Under the pieces are notes generated by a model. The model saw nothing but the letters and a program-made list of their open reading frames with translations. It had not been told where the DNA came from and did not search any database. From the human T2T-CHM13v2.0 reference genome, Homo sapiens, in NCBI RefSeq assembly GCF_009914755.1, contig NC_060940.1: 64,000 nt of DNA, one strand, 5' to 3'. Below, in pieces: positions 58,123 to 64,000 of this stretch (position 1 is its first letter; each line of letters starts with the position of its first letter). Position numbers and translations under genes: made by a program.

Positions 58123-59336
58123 TTTTTTTCTTTGAAGATTACTTTTAATGAGCTAATAATTACATTGTTGCCCAGTGTCACATTTTCTATACACACACAC
58201 ACACACACACACAAATGCACACACACACAATCTTTGGAATGGAATTTTTTTAAGACAGAGATTACTGGTTCAAAGCAGAATGCACATGCTCTTGGATCTT
58301 CTAGAAAAATAGCATCTAAAAGTACAGTAAATCTCACCCTAGCACCTCTAATACAGTCAATCTTCTCAAAGGCTGCAGTTGGAAATATCACATTCAGGTG
58401 AATTCAAACTACCGACTGTTCTATTTCAATAATAATAATAACTAATTGTGTCTCACGCCTACACATTCCTAGACATAAGGAAATTGCTTTGGAAATGTGT
58501 TCACTGGGATTCTTTAGATTACAAGGGACAGAATCGCAACTTAAGCTGACCAAGGCAAAGTAGACAATTCATTGGAAAAATAACAGAATCAAACAGAATT
58601 CTGGACAGGCAAACCACAGGGAAGAAGTAGATAAAATTAAGTGTCAACAAAATTCAGGGACCTTACTCCCAATAGCCCTCTATATCTCTTGTCTATGCTT
58701 TTTTTGGTATATTGTCTTTACTCTCTCTCATTGCAGAACAGCTACCTCAACATTGTAAAAAAATAAAATAAAATTGTAGGAGCTGACAGCTCTCTAGTAT
58801 CCCATCTAATAATTCCCAGAACAAGAAAAGGGAAAATTCTCGTTTTGATACAATTTGAAAATAAATGCCCTAGAAAGGGCTCTGTTGTTTAGCAAAGTTT
58901 GGGTTGGATGACCATCCCTGTACCAATCAATGTAACCAGTGGTTAAAGGATGGAGTCAAACCTTCTAATAATAGGTCTTTGTGCAAACATACAGTTTGAA
59001 TGGCAGAAGAAACAAATCCCTCAGGAGGCTGGCTATTTAGATAAACCAACAGGTATTCCAAGAAGGGTGAGGTGATTTGTTCCCAAGATACAGAGTAAAA
59101 ATGGCAGGTAAGAAGCTAGAATCTAAGGCTTTTTCTTCCAAAGCAAATGAATTCTTTTCTACTTCATGCAATTATTACCATCCAAAGAATCACTTCACCA
59201 TTTTACGAGGTTAATCTCACCAAATTATCCTTCACATAGTAACCTTATCTGCACCTCCATGCCATCATCGATTTGGTCTTCTATACCTCTAGGCTTTCCT
59301 CTACCTCCTACTTATTCTTCTTGGTCCATGGGTCTG
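58123..59336 (-). other. L1 3'-transduced non-alphoid DNA with its own polyA tail
   Basis: T-rich tail at 58122-58133 and ATTAAA (minus strand) at 58149-58144. Contains (CA)n at ~58190-58228 and old repeat-like fragments. Lies inside the TSD pair together with the L1. Confidence 0.85.
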
Positions 59337-60888
<1,552 letters not shown>

Positions 60889-61792
60889 ACAGACCGTTTC
60901 TTTCTAGCTTTTATCTGGGGATATTCTGTTTTCCCCATAGGCCTCAAGAGGTTCCTAAACATCCCTTCACAGATTCTACAAAAATAATGCTCCAAAACTG
61001 CTGAATCAAAGGGAAGATTTAGCTTTATGAGATGAATTTTCACATCTCAGGGAGTTTCAAAGATAGCTTCATTCTAGTTTTTACCTGGGAATATTCAGGT
61101 TTTCCCATTAGGCCTCAATTGACACCCAAATTAGCCTTCTCAGATTCCACAGAAAGAGTGTATCCAAACTGGTGAATCAAAAGAAAGGTTTCTCTCTGCG
61201 AGAGGAATCCACACATTGCAAAGAAGTTTCATAGATACCAACTTTCTAGTTTTTATTTGGGGATATTCGTTTTTTCCCCACAGGCCTCAATGGGCTCCCA
61301 AGTGTCCCTTTGCAGATTATCCAAAAAGACTGTTTCCAACCTGCTGAATCATAAGAAAGTTTTGTCTTTCATATGAATCCACATGTCACAAAGTACTTTC
61401 ACAGATAGCACAGATAGCTTGTTTTTAGTTTTTGTCTGGGGATATTCATTTTTTTCTCATAGGCTACAAAAAGCTCCCAAATGTCCCTTTGCAGATTCTC
61501 CAAATAAAGTGTTTCCAACATGGTGAATCAAAAGAATTTTTTAAATCTGTGAAAGGAATCCACACATCACAAAGCAGCTTCACAGATAGCTTCTTTCTAG
61601 TTTTATCTGGGGATATTCTGTTTTTTTCCATAGGCATTAATGGGTTTTCAAATGTCTCTTCACAGATTCTCCAAAAACAGTGTTTCCAACCTGCTGAATC
61701 AAAAGAATACTTAAACTCTGTCAGATGAGTTCACACAACACAAAGCAGTTTCACAAATAGCTTCTTTCTAGCTTGTATCTGGAAATATTCGC
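60889..61792 (-). repeat. Divergent alpha satellite
   Basis: Resumes in register with the monomer interrupted at 58122. Confidence 0.95.
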
Positions 61793-62303
61793 TGTTGGGA
61801 ACAAGCCACCCAAAATCTGGCCATAAACTGGCTCCCAAATTGGCCATAAACAGTCTCTGCAGCACTGTGACAGGTTCATGAGGGCCGTAATGCCCACGCT
61901 GGAAGGCTATGTGTTTACAGGAACGATGGAAAGGAACACCAGGCCTGCCCAGGGCAGAAAACCGCTTAAAGGTATTCTTAAGCCACAAACAATAGCATGA
62001 GTGATCTGTGCCTTAAGGACATGCTCCTGCTGCAATTAACTAGCCCAACCCATTCCTTTAATTCAGCCCATCCCTTCATTTCCCATAAAGGATACTTTTA
62101 GTTAATTTAATATCTATAGAAACAGTGCTAATATCTGGCTTGCTGTTAATAAACACTTGGGTAAATCTCTGTTCAGGGCTTTCAACTCTGAAGGCAGTGA
62201 GATCCCTGATTTCCCATTTCACACCTCTATATTTCTGTGTGCCTGTCTTTAATTACTTTAGTGCCTCTGGGTTAGGGTCTCCCCAACAGAGCTGGTCTCA
62301 GCA
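61793..62303 (+). mobile_element. MER9 solo LTR (HERV-K9/HML-3)
   Basis: TG...CA termini, 511 bp, starting 'tgttgggaacaagccacccaaaatctggccataaactgg', with an internal aataaa. 6-bp TSD attcgc/attcac. Confidence 0.88.
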
Positions 62304-64000
62304 ATTCACTTTCTCCCTATAGGCCTCAGAGGACTCTGAAATGTCCCTTCACAGATTCTCCAAAAAGTATTTTCAACATGCAGAAACATAAGAAAGATTT
62401 ACCATTGTCATTTGAATCCACACATAACAAAGAAGTTTCACACATAGCTTCTTTGTAGTTTTTATTTGGGGATATTTTGTTTTTCCCTATAGGCCTCAAA
62501 GGGATCCAAATGTCCCTTTACAGATTCTACAAAAAAAGTGTTTCCAACCTGCTGGATAAGAAGAAAAATTTAACTCAGTGAGATGAATCCACACATCACA
62601 CAAAAGTTTCAGTAGGCCTCAATGGGCTCCCAAATGTCCCTTTGCTGATTCTCCAAGAAGAGTGTTTTCAACCTGCTGAATCAAAAGAAAACTTAAATTC
62701 TGTCAGGTGAGTTCACAAACCACAAAGCCATTTCACAGATAGCTTCTTTCTAGTTTTTATTTGGAAATGTTTGGTTTCTCCCTATAGGCCTCAAAGGAAT
62801 CCCAAATGTCCCTTTGCAGATTCTCCAAAAGGAGTATTTCCAACCTGTGGAATCATAAGAAAGATTTAATATTGCCAGTTGAATCCACACGTCAAAAAGA
62901 AGTTTCACACATAGCTTCTTTGTAGCTTTTATCTTGGATATTCGATTTTTCCCTATAGGCCTCAAAGGGATCCAAATATCCCCTTGCAGATTCTACAAAA
63001 TAGGTTTTTCCAACCTGCTGAACAAGAAGAAAAAGTTATCTCTGTGAGATTAATCCACACATCTCAAAGCAGTTTCAGTAGGCTCCAATGGGCTCCCAAT
63101 GTCCCTTTGCAGATTCTACAAAAAGACTGTTTCCAACCTGCTGAATCAAAAGAAAGTTTTAACACTATGAAATGAATCCACGCATCACAAAGCTGTTTCA
63201 CAGATAGCTTCTTTCTAGTTTTTATCTGGGAATATTCCATTTTTTTGCATAGGCCTCAATGGGCTTTCAAATGTCCCTTCGCAGATTCTCCAAAAAGAGT
63301 GTTTGCAACTTGCTGAATGAAAAGAAAACTTAAACTCTGTCACATGAGTTCACACAACACAAAGCAGTTTTACAGATAGCTTCTTTCTAGTTTTTTTCTG
63401 GAAATATTCGGTTTCTCCCTATAGGCCTCAAACGACTCCCAAATGTCCCTTCGCAGATTCTCCAAAAAAAGTATTTCCAACCTGTGGAATCATAAGAAAG
63501 ATTTAACATTGTCAGTTGAATCCACAAATCACAAAGAAGTTTCATACATACCTTCTTTGTAGTTTTTATCTGGTGATATTCAGTTTTTCCCCATACACCC
63601 CAAAGTGCTCCTGAATGTCCCATTTCATATTCTCCAAAAAGAATGTTTTCCACCCACTGAATCCAAAGAAAGAATTAACTCTGTAAGATGAATCCACACA
63701 TCAAAATGCAGTTTCACAGATAGCTTCCTTCTAGTTTTTATCTGGGGATATTCCGTTTTTACCCCAGGCATAAATGGGCTCACAAATGTCCCTTCACAGA
63801 TTCTACAAAAAGGATGTTTCCAACCTACTGAATAAAAAAAAAATTTACTGCTGTAAGTTAAATCCACACATTACAAGCAGTTTCACAGGTAGCTTCTCTC
63901 CAGTTTTATCTAAGGATATTCAATTTTTCCACATAGGCCTCATTGGACATTCAAGTGTCCCTTCGCAGATTCTGCAAAAAGAGTGTTTCCAACATGCTGA
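62304..64000 (-). repeat. Divergent alpha satellite with local multimer duplications
   Basis: Alphoid monomers continue to the window end. Confidence 0.96.

Overview
Primate (human or great-ape-like) pericentromeric transition zone. From 1 to ~29.5 kb it is a mosaic of duplicated euchromatic pieces. These are two CEP192-derived pseudo-exons, an 11-exon FAM153-family gene on the minus strand built from tandemly duplicated exon pairs, Alu/L1/MIR elements and a ~2.9 kb array of a 34-bp satellite with a ~2.1 kb higher-order period. The gene has one stop codon, in a skippable symmetric exon with a damaged donor; without that exon a 159-aa ORF reads through. From 29.57 kb to the end is divergent monomeric alpha satellite in distinct layers, with no CENP-B box noticed. 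It is interrupted by an orphan young L1 5'UTR fused to an inverted alpha duplication, a 5'-inverted L1PA, a 5'-inverted young L1 carrying a ~1.2 kb 3' transduction, and a MER9 solo LTR. Family assignments come from manual translation and recall of known sequences, not from database searches. Almost all ORFs in the supplied track are spurious.
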